A DNA stretch of 63,514 nt, filler included, from Octopus bimaculoides (GCF_001194135.2; 6 parts of 6 records of this genome joined end to end with filler, not necessarily neighbours in it); one strand, 5' to 3'. Positions 33,620-48,029 are shown, counted from the first letter of the whole stretch. The notes: generated by a model not told the origin, from the sequence alone. Numbers and translations: made by a program.

Positions 33620-34140
33620 TTGTTTTGCATTTATATGCTCTCGTGTGTACATGTAAATGTATGTATGTAAATACGCGCACGTACGCACACACACACTCAC
33701 ACACACGTACACGCTTAAACACACTCACGCACAGACATACGCAGACACTCACAAATGTACATACACACACGCACACATACACACATGCACAATCACACAT
33801 ACGCACACACTCACAAATGCACGTACACACACACACAAATACACACTCAAATACACATACACATACATGCATACACATATGTACACACACACATACAAAC
33901 ACTCACACAGACACACGCACTCGCTCACACATACTCTGACACGCACATATACACACACATACACTCACATATGCATGCACACACACACAGGCACACACTA
34001 ACTCACGCACGCACACAAACTCACACACACTCACGCATGCACATATACGCACACGTACACACACACACACGCATACACACACATACGCACGCACACACGC
34101 ACATAGACACACAGTCACACACGCACGCAGACACACACTG
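33620..34140. repeat. degenerate (CA)-rich alternating purine-pyrimidine tract
   Basis: About 520 bp of interrupted CA/CATA/CGCA repeats. Confidence 0.95.
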
Positions 34141-34233
34141 ACAAATGACTAAATAATTATGTCATGAACTTCAGCTTGCAAGTGTTTTTGCTCGTGAGAG
34201 TCACTCAGTTCTGTGTCTTGTTACTATATATAC

Positions 34234-34369
<136 letters not shown>

Positions 34370-34585
34370 GTATGTATCAAACATGAGATGCAATTACCGA
34401 AAATGTAAGAACTGTGAAACAGCGCAGTGCTTTCTGGGAATACAGAATGAAATACCATTTTCTGTTGAAGACAAGGCAACTGACCCTCACGTCGGCCTGC
34501 TATCAGCGATATCTGCGGTCAGAACGGCATGAACTCAAGACAACTGCTGCTGATTCGATAAAAACTCGCTTTTGATTCCTATGCA

Positions 34586-34618
<33 letters not shown>

Positions 34619-34756
34619 NNNNNNNNNNCATACATACACGCACACATACATACATACAAACACATATATACGTACATGCACACATACATACATACACGCA
34701 TACATACCTACATACATACAACCATACAAACATACATGCATACATACACATATAAT

Positions 34757-34920
34757 GTCATGGCTATGTGGTAAGAAATTTGGGTTTCCAACCACATGGT
34801 TCCAGGTTCAGTCCCCACTGCATTGCAACTCTGTCAAGTCTCTTCTACTATTGCCACGGCCCAACGAAAGTCTTGTGAGTCTATTTGGCAGACGGAAACT
34901 GAAAGAAGCCCTTCGTATAC
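34757..34920 (+). mobile_element. SINE family B head
   Basis: tggctatgtggtaagaaattt...ccaggttcagtcccc...ggcagacggaaactgaaagaagccc. Confidence 0.8.
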
Positions 34921-35078
34921 TTATATATATATACATTTCTGTGTGTGCGCCTTTGGGCTGAAACACATAAAAAAATAAAGGAATTCACATCGCATAAATG
35001 ATTGTTCTGTCTTGGGTCATATCTCTGGAAGCTATAAGACAATAACACATCAATGTTGGATTGAAAAAGTCGAAGGCT

Positions 35079-35985
35079 GACCGTGGGCTCCTTCAAATTT
35101 CCATATCCAGAAGGTTTCTTTCCAACTCAATATTTGCGTGCTGTCTAAAGCGGCGAGCTGGCAGAATCGTTAGCACGCCGGGCGAAATGCTTAGCGCTAT
35201 TTCGTCCGTCTTTACGTTCTGACTTCAAATTCCGCCGAAGTCGACTTTGCCTTTCATCCTTTCGGGGTCGATTAAATAAGTACCAGTTTACGCACTGGGG
35301 TCGATATAATCGACTTAATCCATTTGTCTGTCCTTGTTTGTCCCCTCTGTGTGTAGCCCCTTGTGGGCAGTAAAGAAATAAGAAACGTTAGCACGCCGAG
35401 CGAAATGCTTAGCGGTATTTCGTCTGTCTTTACGTTCCGAGTTCAAATTCCGCCGAAGATNNNNNNNNNNNNNNNNNNNNNNNGACCGTGGGCTCCTTCA
35501 AATTTCCATATCCAGAAGGTTTCTTTCCAACTCAAAATTTGCGTGCTGTCTAAAGCGGCGAGCTGGCAGAATCGTTAGCACGCCGGGCGAAATGCTTAGC
35601 GCTATTTCGTCCGTCTTTACGTTCTGACTTCAAATTCCGCCGAAGTCGACTTTGCCTTTCATCCTTTCGGGGTCGATTAAATAAGTACCAGTTTACGCAC
35701 TGGGGTCGATATAATCGACTTAATCCATTTGTCTGTCCTTGTTTGTCCCCTCTGTGTGTAGCCCCTTGTGGGCAGTAAAGAAATAAGAAACGTTAGCACG
35801 CCGAGCGAAATGCTTAGCGGTATTTCGTCTGTCTTTACGTTCCGAGTTCAAATTCCGCCGAAGATGACTTTGCCTTTCGTCCTGTCGGGGTCGATAAATT
35901 AAGTACCAGTTGCGTACTTGGGTCGATCTAATCGACTCCCTACTTCCCAAAAAATTTCGGGCCTTGTACCTGGAGTAGAAAAGAA
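35079..35985 (+). mobile_element. SINE family A composite present as a 382-bp near-identical duplication across a 23-N gap
   Basis: 35079-35460 and 35484-35865 differ at one base that I could see (ctcaatattt vs ctcaaaattt). Each copy contains a full family A SINE plus a second head. Confidence 0.9.
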
Positions 35986-36561
35986 TATTTGCGTGTTGTT
36001 ATCTATAGCATTGTGAATTTGTTCCTCAAGAGCCAACGTTTAAAAACAAAATATTTCGCGTTTTCTCGAATGTCTTATAAAGTATTCATGACGTCTAGAA
36101 AGTAAACATAAATTTGAACGCTGGCTAACTCTAACATTAATCATATTCAGGATAATTAGATGTTAATAAAGGAATTATTAAGAAGACTATATAAATAAAT
36201 GTCACTACGTAGAATAAAGTACACAACAGGAAAATATTTAAGTGCTATACTCTCGGAGCATTGACGATTTAACGCCATTTTGATGTTATAGACAAGTAGT
36301 TGATTCTATAAATATTTAAAGGAATGGTGCTATAGCTTATATGTACGTACCTGTGTTTGTATGTATGTATGTATGGTACGCACGTGCACATACACACTCA
36401 CACACACAGAGACATAGATATACATATATAAACATACATGAATGAATACCTATATGGTCTTATACTTAACAAAATATAATATATAAAGCTTATATACATG
36501 CATACATACATACTTACATACACACATACATAAATGAAAGTGCATGTATACGTATCCATCC

Positions 36562-36600
<39 letters not shown>

Positions 36601-37129
36601 NNNNNNNNNNNNNNNNNNNNNNNNNNNNNNNNNNNNNNNNNNNNNNNNNNNNNNNNNNNNNNNNNNNNNNNNNNNNNNNNNNNNNNNNNNNNNNNNNNNN
36701 NNNNNNNNNNNNNNNNNNNNNNNNNNNNNNNNNNNNNNNNNNNNNNNNNNNNNNNNNNNNNNNNNNNNNNNNNNNNNNNNNNNNNNNNNNNNNNNNNNNN
36801 NNNNNNNNNNNNNNNNNNNNNNNNNNNNNNNNNNNNNNNNNNNNNNNNNNNNNNNNNNNNNNNNNNNNNNNNNNNNNNNNNNNNNNNNNNNNNNNNNNNN
36901 NNNNNNNNNNNNNNNNNNNNNNNNNNNNNNNNNNNNNNNNNNNNNNNNNNNNNNNNNNNNNNNNNNNNNNNNNNNNNNNNNNNNNNNNNNNNNNNNNNNN
37001 NNNNNNNNNNNNNNNNNNNNNNNNNNNNNNNNNNNNNNNNNNNNNNNNATATATATACATATATACTTATATATACATATATATATCGGCTTATCTGTCC
37101 CTCTCTAAACACTTCTACACACGCGCACA

Positions 37130-37173
<44 letters not shown>

Positions 37174-37550
37174 TGTATATATCATATAATGTTTGTTTTA
37201 AGAAATGACTTTTCTGGGAATTGTGCAGAAAATATAGGAAATTGATCTAATCATAAAAGTACTTTCTCCAAAATAAATGTATTCATATCTACAGCAAATC
37301 TATACTCGTTCATCTATACACACTGAATAATTATACACTCGCATATACAGCCCCACCCCTCGAACACACACATATACACACACATATACAGATGCACACA
37401 CGCTCAGACTTACATATAGATAGCTTTTCTATCAAAGATGTATGAGCATGTGAAACACATGTATGTATGCATATACGTATATATGTATTTACGTATGTGT
37501 GTGTATGGTGCGTAAACATTATGATTTCGAAAATCACGTTCTTTCTTGTC

Positions 37551-37607
<57 letters not shown>

Positions 37608-37827
37608 TATATACATCCTCTTCTTGCTTGTCTGTCTGGCAATCTCATTCCCTATCACTTAAATAATCTTTGTATATATATCAGTAATTATCTAATTATA
37701 CATACACATGAATATATACGTATATGTGTGTGTGTACATTTATATATGTGTGTGNNNNNNNNNNGTGTGTGTGTGTATATATACATATATACATATATGC
37801 GCATATATATGTGCGTGTATGTGTGTG

Positions 37828-38224
37828 TACTCTTTTACTCTCTTTTACTTGTTTCAGTCATTTGACTGCCGCCATGCTGGAGCACTGCCTTTAGTCGAGC
37901 AAATCGACCCCAGGACTTATTCTTTGTAAGCCTAGTACTTATTCTATCGGTCTATTTTGCCGAACCACTAAGTTACGGGGAAGTAAACACACCAGCATCG
38001 GTTGTCAAACAATGCTGGGGGACAAACAGACATACAAACACACACATACATACATATATACAACAGGCTTCTTTCAGTTTCTGTCTATCAAATCCACTCA
38101 CAAGGCTTTGGTCGACCCGAGGCTATAGTAGAAGACACATGCCCAAGGTGCCACGCAGTGGGACTGAATCCGGAGCCGTGTGGTTGGTAAGCAAGCTACT
38201 TACCACACAGCCACTCCTGCGCCT
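37828..38224 (-). mobile_element. SINE family B, full-length
   Basis: Minus strand aggcgcaggagtggctgtgtggtaag...ttcagtcccactgcgtggcaccttgggc (CORE-like ccttgggcaag)...gccttgtgagtggatttg...cagcatggcggcagtcaaatgactgaaac, with a (gtaaaaga)n tail. Confidence 0.92.
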
Positions 38225-38431
38225 AAATATGTACATACATATACATATTTATATGCATCTGCATATAACCGACCATTAAGAACATAGTGCATTGAGAAAG
38301 AATCATTCCTGAGAGTTGTGGCTGCGTTAACGACTAACAATCCCAGCTCCTGACAAGTACCCACGTTCGCAGAGTACGTTTTCAAAGAAAGAAATACGTT
38401 CTATACCGTCATATAGCATAAGGAGAGCAAT

Positions 38432-38812
38432 GGAGGCGCAATGGCCCAGTGGTTAGAGCAGCGGACTCGCAGTAATAGGATCGCAGTTTCGATTCCCAGA
38501 CCGGGCGTTGTAAGTTTTTATTGAGCGAAAACACCTAAAGCTCCACGAGGCTCTGTCTGGGGATGGTGGCGAGCCCCGCTGTACTCTTTCACCGCAACTT
38601 TCACTCTTTTTTTCCTGTTTCTTTTGTACCTGTATTTCAAAGGGGCCAGCCTTGTCACGCTGTGTCACGCTGAATATCCCCGAGAACTACGTTAAGGGTA
38701 CACGTATCTGTGGAGTATTCAGCCACTTGCACGTTAATTTCACGAGCAGGCTGTTCCCTTGATCTGGAACCCTTCACTGAAACCCTCGTCGTTGTAACTG
38801 ACGGAGTGCCAC
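38432..38812 (+). mobile_element. SINE family C, full-length
   Basis: Closely similar to 26318-26702 along its whole length. Confidence 0.9.
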
Positions 38813-38829
38813 TACTATAAGGAGACCAC

Positions 38830-39538
38830 AGTTTAAACACGGGCTCAAAACATTATCAATGTTAATCCCAGAATATCAAGGAAGGCCCTTCAAGTGTCGG
38901 AGTGGGCCATCAGAACTGTGTTGCACGTGGCCTCTCGACACAAGTCATATGTACTGAGGAGGGATGAATCTATGTCTGCAAACACGGGAAAACCGTTTGA
39001 TCGGTGCCGAGCGGTTATTTAAGGAGGTTAAGATCCACAAGAAAATGGCCTGCTTTGGTTCTCCTCCTTCCTACAAGATCTTGGGATTAATGCTGTTAGA
39101 GACAGCTGTTAACTCATAATTGGATGGAAAACGCAGTGGATAGACATAGGCGTCTCAGCATAACTCAGCACTTTTTCACAAATCCAGCGTAACCCAAGAA
39201 ATGATATCAGAAGAATTCTGAAGGCCACAACTTTGTGACTTCAAAACTCACGAGATTTGAATCCTTTGGACAACCACATTTGAAACTGAAGGCCACAGTT
39301 GTCCAGTGATGTCCGAAGTGAATAAAGGTCATTTAGTGCATATACGTCAATAATTCCGGTTCTGTATTGAAACAGTTATCTAAGATGAAATTCCAGTCAG
39401 AATAATCTAATAAGAAAGCTTATCGAGAACAGGCGCACAAAGTCTTTTTTTTTTAATTAAAATACACTTGATTTTCACTAGATTACAATGGTTTTATTAA
39501 ATTACCAAATATGATCTCAAATACATCTGGCACCTTGT
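38830..39538 (+). mobile_element. degenerate Tc1/mariner DD37D-like relic with right TIR
   Basis: ALQVSEWAIRTVLHVASRHKSYVLRR...ENRLIGAERL (homologous to 3915-4280) and NSRDLNPLDNH (compare SPDLNPLDY). The end gatctcaaatacatctggcaccttgta resembles the TIR of the 3678-4354 element. Confidence 0.75.
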
Positions 39539-39881
39539 ACATACATGCATACATTCATACATACATTCATACATATATACATGCATGCATACATACACAC
39601 ATACATTACATACATAAATACATTACATATATACATACATGCATGCATGCATACACATATACATATACAAACACACTCATACACACACATATACATATGT
39701 ATATGTATATATGTATGCATATGTATGTATATGTAAGGATAATTCATCTTGTACACGCTATTTTATTAGCATTATCACGTGTTTGAGAATAAAAAATTTG
39801 TTTCTGTATATATTATGCATGTATGTATGTATGTATGTATATATGTATGTATGTATGTATATGTATATATGTATATGTATA

Positions 39882-39944
<63 letters not shown>

Positions 39945-40081
39945 NNNNNNNNNNNNNNNNNNNNNNNNNNNNNNNNNNNNNNNNNNNNNNNNNNNNNNNN
40001 NNNNNNNNNNNNNNNNNNNNNNNNNNNNNNNNNNNNNNNNNNNNNNNNNNNNNNNNNNNNNNNNNNNNNNNNNNNNNNNNN

Positions 40082-40131
<50 letters not shown>

Positions 40132-40719
40132 TTCGATTGTCGTCCGTAGATGACGCCTTACTGGATTAGCCATTCTAATATATTTCACATAACATTAATT
40201 CAATCTCTATGACTTCAGTGAAGAAGAAAAAAACAACATTCAAGTGTAAAACTCTGATCCCCACTGGTAAATAATTCGCCGTTATTTCAGTTGTTTTTGA
40301 TAAAAATGAAGTTCTTACTGACATAATATTTAGAAACGAAATTAGATTTTGTAGCTGCAAAGATTCAATTAATAATATAAAAAAAGAAAGAAAGAAATCC
40401 CCATTTAATTTCAGTTGAGAATATAAACTTCTCAGCTGGAAGTACAAGTCAGAAACTGTGGGGAAAACTGAATCGCAGATCTTCAGAGAAACCTCTTTTG
40501 TGCAAACGTCTGTGGCTTCACCTTTTTGTATTCTATGAGGGCCGGATCGCATCCAGATCATGATTCCAGGATACCCGCTCCTCTGCTGTCACATTTTGCG
40601 TTTTGACCCGCTTCTTCCGGGAGGCCAAGTACTCCAATAGAGCGTTCATTGTCAGATTGTTAACAGAAACAAAAATATTTTGGGTGTAAAGGGCCCTGGG
40701 TAGAGATAACATCTTTAGT

Positions 40720-41100
40720 GCCTCTCAGCTACTCTCTACCTTCCCGGTGGTGGGGGATAAGCATTACTGTTTCTCATTCACCCCTAAATGTTCTGGCTCC
40801 AAATGCCACACCCCGATACACCACCTCAGCTTGTAGGCGAAAGCACATAAGGGGGTGGTATTGACACTGTATTACAGGATGGACGGATGAGGTGCGGCAA
40901 CAGCCAACGGCCAGGGCAGAGGATGACCAGCGACTAGACGTTCGTGATTGGAAGCAACGCACTCTGAACCTCATGGACTTCGGTCCGCAGTCAAAAGAGA
41001 CAGCTCCACTTATAATCTCTTTTCTAAATGGAAATTTTTGAGGCTTCAGGTTAGCACCGTCCTTGAGAATTAACAGTTCAAAGTATAAAGCATGGCTGTA
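40720..41100 (+). mobile_element. GC-rich fragment, probably the 5' region of a LINE (possibly RTE)
   Basis: Abrupt GC/CpG-rich block with no splice-bounded ORF. Its style resembles the RTE-like element at 46.8-47.2 kb. No diagnostic motif. Confidence 0.35.
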
Positions 41101-42469
41101 GCTAGGGCAATGATCGATTCATGCTAGAGACAGTATGGAACGATGCTCTGAAGGCAACTGATCGATCGAGCTAGAGTATTTTAACTGCGTCATGCGCCGC
41201 CGGACGCCGGAGTGATAAAGTCTAAACAAGTCAAAAGTATTTATCTATATCAAATACATCAGTAAAGTGACTGAGCCATTGAAGAGAAACAAAATATTCA
41301 TCTCAAGAAATAATCTACAATTTCCACGAAACACAATACCCCATAAACAAAAAAAAAAAAAAAANNNNNNNNNNAAAAAAAAAAAAAAAAAAACGAAAAT
41401 ACCACAAATGATAGAATTATGTAAAAATTGACGTATTTTATTTATTTTCAGCATTCCAATCTTTTGGAAGTATTTCAGTTGAGAAATTCCAGATGGCTCA
41501 CAGATGCACTGTCATTATCATATGATTTGTCTATTATACATTGAAAGTCAGTCTTCTTTTCACAAGTAGCAGTTTTCCTAAATGTTGAAGAATATTATTT
41601 CTTTTACTCGGCTCCGGGACAGAGATAAACCGAAACAAACTTTTGCCAATATCGATGAAGTCTGTTTTGTATTTGATGAGGAAATCTGCATCAAAGAGAA
41701 ACAATAAAATATAACTAATTCGCAAACAATAAGAAGACACCTGAAGATGCACAATTTGTCTCGGGGAAAAATTTGTATTCGTCTCCTGCGCATTTGGAGA
41801 ATACACTCATTCTACAAAAATAGAAGTTATATTTTAATAATTTGCGCTGGCGTGTCTACGTGTGATTTGCAATCACGTGGTCTTGAGTTCAGTTCTTGAT
41901 TTATACTATACTCCCGGCTTGACCAATGCCTTGTAGACGATATTGGGAGACAAAAACTGAGGAAATATTTCGTATATATATGTGCGTGTATATGTGTGTG
42001 TGTGTGTGTGTATGTGTGTGATGTGTATGTGTGTGTGTGTGTATTTTTGTGCTTATATTTGTACCCACCACTTCTCTACAATTAACTTAGCAGTTAAGCA
42101 AAAGAAAAGCGAAAGAATATGTATGATACAAGACTTTAAAATAAATACCAGGGTGGCCTTTTTTGACTATGCTTTTGAAGGTGGTGCCCCAGTATGGCCG
42201 CAGTCTAATGGCCGAAGCAAGAAAAAGATAAAAAAAACTAAATGATAAGACATTCGGTTTTCGAAATAAAAGCACCAACAAGATAAAAGCACCAACAATA
42301 ACTATACATACTTCGAAAGAATTTTGGTGGAATGAAAGCAGTTGCTCAGGAGATATCAACATATCGTTGGAGGTTAGTGGGAAAGAAGACATCTATGTCG
42401 AACTGATGTGAAATTTGTAGTTACATCATCATCAGGACTCTAACTTTAGGTTTCTGCTAATAATTATTG

Positions 42470-42615
42470 GAGCAGCTAAGTGACTAATTGTCTCAGAATT
42501 AATCTTGAGAAAATGGGATTCACCAAACCAGAAAGAACAGAGCTAAGCAGTAGATTACAGATACAAACTATCAAAGGAATTGTCAAAATATGTAAAACAT
42601 TCGTAAAGGCCTGGT
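42470..42615 (+). mobile_element. RLE LINE C-terminal fragment, same family as 18995-19478
   Basis: TNCLRINLEKMGFTKPERTELSSRLQIQTIKGIVKICKTF aligns with TNCLNKNLEKLGFSKPERKRLIRRLQIQAINGTVKICKTF. Confidence 0.85.
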
Positions 42616-43059
42616 TGAAGGCCCGATCTTCCGAGTTTTTTTGTTTTTTTTACAAGGCTTAAAAAACTGAAGGACAGCTGCAATAAGTGCGTGAATCTGA
42701 GAGGGGAATATGTTGAATAAAATCATAATTCACTGACCCTACTATATTTTTTTTTACCCAAAGTCAGGAAATTTTCAGTACCCCACCACCTATATATAAT
42801 TGTACGCAAAAAAAGAAAAAAAGAGGATGGAGACGAGCTTATATTAAAGTTCCTACGAGCGTTGCACCATTACCAATGTTTTGTGTTGCATGTTTCAAAA
42901 GTATATTGATGCTCAGCCACAACAGATCGCCCAGGAAACAAGTTTATTGTATCAGGTTGCGGATAATTATGGCCGAAGCTGGTTGGATGACGAGGCATTT
43001 CGAAATTATTAGAGGAAAATAAAGAGAAAGCAAAAGGATGAAATAGAAGTATCCTAAGT

Positions 43060-43200
43060 AAAAGAGAGGGAGAGAGATAGAAAGGGAGGGAGAGAGAGAG
43101 AGAGAGAGAGAGCAAGGGAGAGAGAGGGAGAGGGGAGAGAGAGATGAGGGAGAGAGAGGGGGAGAGAGGGGGAGAGGGGGGAGAGTGAGAAAACTGAATA
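43060..43200. repeat. (GA/GGA)-rich polypurine tract
   Basis: Directly visible. Confidence 0.9.
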
Positions 43201-43494
43201 TAGAGATAAAAAAGGAACACAGAAAAAGCAAAGTACATGTATCATATGCATGCATAGACATAATATATAAATATATACCTACGTGTATATNNNNNNNNNN
43301 NNNNNNNNNNNNNNNNNNNNNNNNNNNNNNNNNNNNNNNNNNNNNNNNNNNNNNNNNNNNNNNNNNNNNNNNNNNNNNNNNNNNNNNNNNNNNNNNNNNN
43401 NNNNNNNNNNNNNNNNNNNNNNNNNNNNNTAAACATTATGATTATATGATTAACTATGGCTAGTTTAGTTCGTTATTTTTTCTTCTTGTTTTGC

Positions 43495-43735
43495 CTATGT
43501 GAGTTGCGGGTGACTGCTATCTGTTGGAGTGTCAGCATTTTTAGCTGCTATTTCTGAACTTCGGTATGTGGTGAAGCAACCTGTTGCTGATCCCTTAATT
43601 TTGTTTATAAATGTATAAGAGCTTTTAAATAAGTTCCACACCGATAATGGTGCTTACATACCGAAGGGCTTGGTAAAAATTATTAATTATTAATTTATTA
43701 ATAAATTAATAAATTGATAATCCTTTACCCTTTTA
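43495..43735 (-). repeat. dispersed repeat shared with 25995-26090, probably from the same Penelope-like family
   Basis: The reverse complement aaaggattatcaatt...ttaccaagcccttcggtatgtaagcaccattatcggtgtggaacttatttaaaag matches the 26.0-kb copy. Confidence 0.7.
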
Positions 43736-44047
43736 ATTGTAATATATATATATCTGCGCGTGTGTGCGTACAACTAGGCATACAGCACTGTTTGGTATTA
43801 TATAAATTCCAATGACTCTAGTTTCTATGCAAGAACAAATTCCATAAACATACACATACATACTTGCATGCATATACAAACGTATATCATAAATAAATAA
43901 ATAAATAAATACATCTCTCTCTCTCTACACACACACACATAGTGTCCTATTATTTTATCTATATGCATAACGTATATGTATATCTACATATATATACACA
44001 GACACAGACACACAAACACATACACAGACGCACAGACACGGACACAC

Positions 44048-44117
<70 letters not shown>

Positions 44118-44821
44118 ATGTATGTGTGTATGTATATATATATATATATANNNNNNNNNNNNNNNNNNNNNNNNNNNNNNNNNNNNNNNNNNNNTTAATT
44201 AATTAANNNNNNNNNNNNNNNNNNNNNNNNNNNNNNNNNNNNNNNNNNNNAGACTACCCTTTCAGATATACTTACATTGTGATTTCTGCAATGTGGTGCA
44301 TAAATTGTCAAGTAAATGAGACGCATCTTTGCCTCCACTGATTCACTTGCAAAGTGTTGAGTAAAATTATTTCGTTGCAGACCTCCTTTGGGTCTTTTTA
44401 TTATCACTGCGACACACATGGTCCCAGTTGGTAACATTGATTTCAAGGCCCTCCTAGATGAGAGACTGGCATTCCACTTAATGTTTATGTTCCATGCTGG
44501 CATGGATTGGAGAGTTATTAATGTAGAAATATGGTATCGTAGCTACTAACAGTTTAGGGTTGCGTAGTCTAGACGGCGTTTTTAGATTTCATTATACTCT
44601 TTAACCCGGGCAAAGCCGGGTATTTCTGCTAGTAATCTATAAAAATTGAAACCAACTTTGTATATCATGTACGGTAAACTTAACCTGTCGCTCCTTTTCC
44701 CATTATCGTATGACTCGAGCATGCTAGCGGTAGAGTATATACAGTTGCAAACTATCGGTTCAAAAATCCAGGGCAAATTCCTCTTCTCATTAAAATCACA
44801 CATACAAACACACAAGCACAA

Positions 44822-44862
<41 letters not shown>

Positions 44863-44877
44863 TGTATGCATATGTGT

Positions 44878-44951
<74 letters not shown>

Positions 44952-45154
44952 GTATATATGCAGGCATACATGTGTACGTCATCCGGGAACAAACAGGCCC
45001 CGGATTGAAATTCTGTAAATCTTCTAATCCTTTCCAGCTCATTCAGATATGTTTTACTCTGAAACTCTATCTATATAGAGTAGGTATCGACAAATACAAT
45101 ATACTTGCAGGAAATAGTATCACATAAAGTTATAGTAGAGCTCGCCTTTAAGCT

Positions 45155-46090
45155 TACGATAATGTTGACGATGAAGCCGAGCAATTTTCTAGTGTTTTAG
45201 ATATAGCCGACAGAATAGAAATCTTAGCTAAGTGAAATGACTTTGTAACTGTCAAAGACCACGTTATAGAGGCAGCTTGACCAACCCAGCAAAATCGGTG
45301 ATTGATCTGGTAAGTAAGCTTATACTGAGGAAAATCAACGATCACAAACGAAAGCAATTCATTTTTCCTTACATTTATACACAAATGAAGTGATTTCATG
45401 GTTTAAGATAAAGTAGGCTAGACACAATACAAGGTTCATCCACTTCCATATAGTGGGTTTTTATCAGTCTATATCGAGAAGGCCACTTACTTTTGCTAAG
45501 GACACTTACTTTTGCTAAGGAGTTTACTGCAATTTGCTATAAGGTTATGCTCACCAGGAAAAGGTTTCGCCTGGGTCACAGAAAGATACACAGAAGGATC
45601 TTTCGACAAGGTGCCGAATATCTGCGATTTCGTAGGCCTCTATATATTATACACTCTAGGTAACAAATTTTTTCAACTCTCTTTGGCCATTCTAGACATT
45701 TCTAGAGGTGTAAATGGACACACGTTCGACAGACATGACCCACACACTTAATTCTCAAACGCTTAATGTTACTATAGAGACCAAACTAGGCGTGGTTTAT
45801 TTCTTAGGCATAACATTTTATTTCAATGCAGGTTCATACAGGCTCCATTGCAAACCAAACACAAGGCTGTCGTACATCAGCATGCCTTCCTGTCACCCGC
45901 CTATAGCGTTTAAAAATCTTGTAAAAAGTATCGGAGCGTCTCAAACCTATCCTCCAATAAAGATGCCTTGGGTATAGCTGTCTCCCTAATATAGCGACAC
46001 CTTGACAGCCAGCAGGGGTTGAAAACTACCCCAGTAGCAACAAGAAAAAGCACCGCCACAGTGTCAACTAGATTGCTTCTCCACGTTTCT
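45155..46090 (+). mobile_element. Penelope-like element reverse transcriptase relic
   Basis: Frameshifted peptides DIADRIEILAK*NDFVTVKDH, NPAKS, EVISWFK, EGSFDKVPNICDFVGLYILYTL and TIETKLGVVYFLGITF...YRLHCKPNTRLSYISMPSCHPPIAFKNLVKSI. These match PLE RT motifs (GAE.C.LVGL.IL; FLD.T...Y.KPN...YI...SNHP). Confidence 0.85.
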
Positions 46091-46774
46091 TACATAAAAG
46101 GAAAACCTGCGTGAATATCTTTTCAAAATTTGGATGGCTCAAACTCTTTTAATTCCTTTGCAAATAAGTCAAAAAAGTCAAGCACTATTTTTTGTTACCC
46201 ACAGCTTGTGTTAAACTAACATTCATTACTAACGCGTTTGTGAAACATGTTTCTAAAACCGGTGAAAGTCTGGTTTTTGCACAAAGACACAAAATCAAAA
46301 GAACAATGTGAACAAAATTACTGAAGAAATTATGAGCATTGAAAAAGTACTGAAAATTCCAATTTATTTTGCTTTCAGCATGAGTGCTAAAAGGTTAGGG
46401 AAATTTGTGATTCTTTGGCAACAACATTGCACAAACGCAAAACGTTTTAGCTTTACACTTACTTGCAATGACAAACAAATCATAATTATAAATAATGTCC
46501 TTCAGAAGATATCTACTTGGCAAACATTTGTGACAAAAACAAATGCATTTCTATGAGCTATTTTTATTCAAGAAAGAGAATAAAAGAAAGTTGACTACTT
46601 AAGCACCAATAAAACCAAATTGATAGTCTAAATGCTCTCGGGGAACAATTATAGGCTACCTGATATGTAGAACGGTACCTCATACAGAGCGAGGCAAGAG
46701 CTACGGAACAGCGACTCTTGTTTTTACAACAGAAGATGAAGTGAATAATCAGACTGAGTTGCTACGTCACACAC

Positions 46775-47215
46775 TTGTTGTTGTTGTTGGCATCCATTTG
46801 TCTCGGGAGACAATAGAGTTGCGCATAAACTAATCCAGTCTGGTTTTTACATTTCATGTCCTCTCCAGTTTCCTCTCCAGTTTTGCGCAGGCCTGGGCTA
46901 GATGTAAGAAAATCTTGGGTAGCCCAATCGTCAGGATTCCTCTCTTGACCTTGCTAACGTAGTTCAAAGGTGTGCAGAGCATTACGTTTGGCACCAGCTT
47001 GGTTGCAGGAGCTGCCGGAAGAGCGTCAAGTCGAGCACTAAGCTGCCTACGGGGCTCCACTCCTGATTTCTTTGAAGGTTGTCTCCTTTCCGTAACTCTG
47101 GATAGGGTCCCATACCGAGTACTGTCAGCCGCAGCCAGCTGAGCCCGGGACTCGTGTCAGGCAGGGTCGTCACTCCCTGAAGTAGTGAAGGAAATCGCTA
47201 CCCACTACCTAAGTC
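46775..47215 (-). mobile_element. short non-autonomous RTE-like retroposon with a GC-rich body and (AAC)n tail
   Basis: GC-rich 5' part (gacgaccctgcctgacacgagtcccgggctcagctggctgcggctgacag...), 3' end ttgtctcccgagacaaatggatgcc(aac)n, no coding capacity. The RTE link is inferred from style. Confidence 0.55.
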
Positions 47216-47885
47216 ACAGACTTAGATATCTGAAATACAAGGATGAAAGTCAAACATATTCACAATTATGGGTCGATTCTTAGTTTGTCGTCAACTTTGT
47301 AGCACAATATAGACAGATAATGTGTATTAATGCGGCCAGGAATGAACTGCAACGAGTGAGTTCTCAATAAATATACAATAAATATACAAATTCTAGTGAT
47401 CCTCGAAAATTACGGAACATACTGGATAGCTGTGAAAGCCCTCACTTGTTTTTCAAAGACAGATGTCATCTTTTCCTCACTTTACTGGTTAAGTTCATTG
47501 AGTAAGAAGACACTCTCGTATGTGAAGTGTCTCCTCTACGATTTCTCTTTTGTCTAGATTTAACTGATATTGTTTTTGTTGGTGGTACTTTTATTAATAT
47601 CAATTATGTTTGTTTTTGCTCGTTAAACTGAAATTCCATATTTACAAGTGTTTGCTTCCTTCATTGTAATCCATTTTTTATCTATCATTGTTAAAAAAAC
47701 AACTTTGATTTTGTCTTTTCTGTCACCACCTTTGTGGCTATTAACTTTTCCCCTACATCAGAGATGAATGTGTTGAACCACAAATAAACCAAGATGCATA
47801 GCTGCAGAACTATTTGTATTCATTAAATATATCCAAGACTGACTCTTCCTTTATATACCACGAGGCAAATGTACACATGTGCACA

Positions 47886-47930
<45 letters not shown>

Positions 47931-48029
47931 GAACACATAGATAAGCTCGCTAAGAGAGACATATATATGACAGTTTGTGAGCGCGGTATGTATGCATGTA
48001 TGTATGTATGTATGTATGTATGTATGCAT

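Noticed and set aside
35079-35865. 382-bp direct tandem duplication
   Set aside because: The two copies flank a 23-N gap and differ at about one base, typical of unmerged overlapping contig ends or alleles. A true tandem repeat is not excluded without long reads.
41534-41806. Strong minus-strand acceptor (tttctctttgatgcag) followed by DFLIKYKTDFIDIGKSLF...
   Set aside because: There is no good donor before the stop and no homology. Kept only as a place to check in RNA-seq.
42385-42440. Minus-strand CTGATGA followed by a 6-bp stem (tgatgt/acatca), hammerhead-like
   Set aside because: The obligatory GAAA is absent (gttcgaca) and there is no stem I/III. At best a decayed PLE end.
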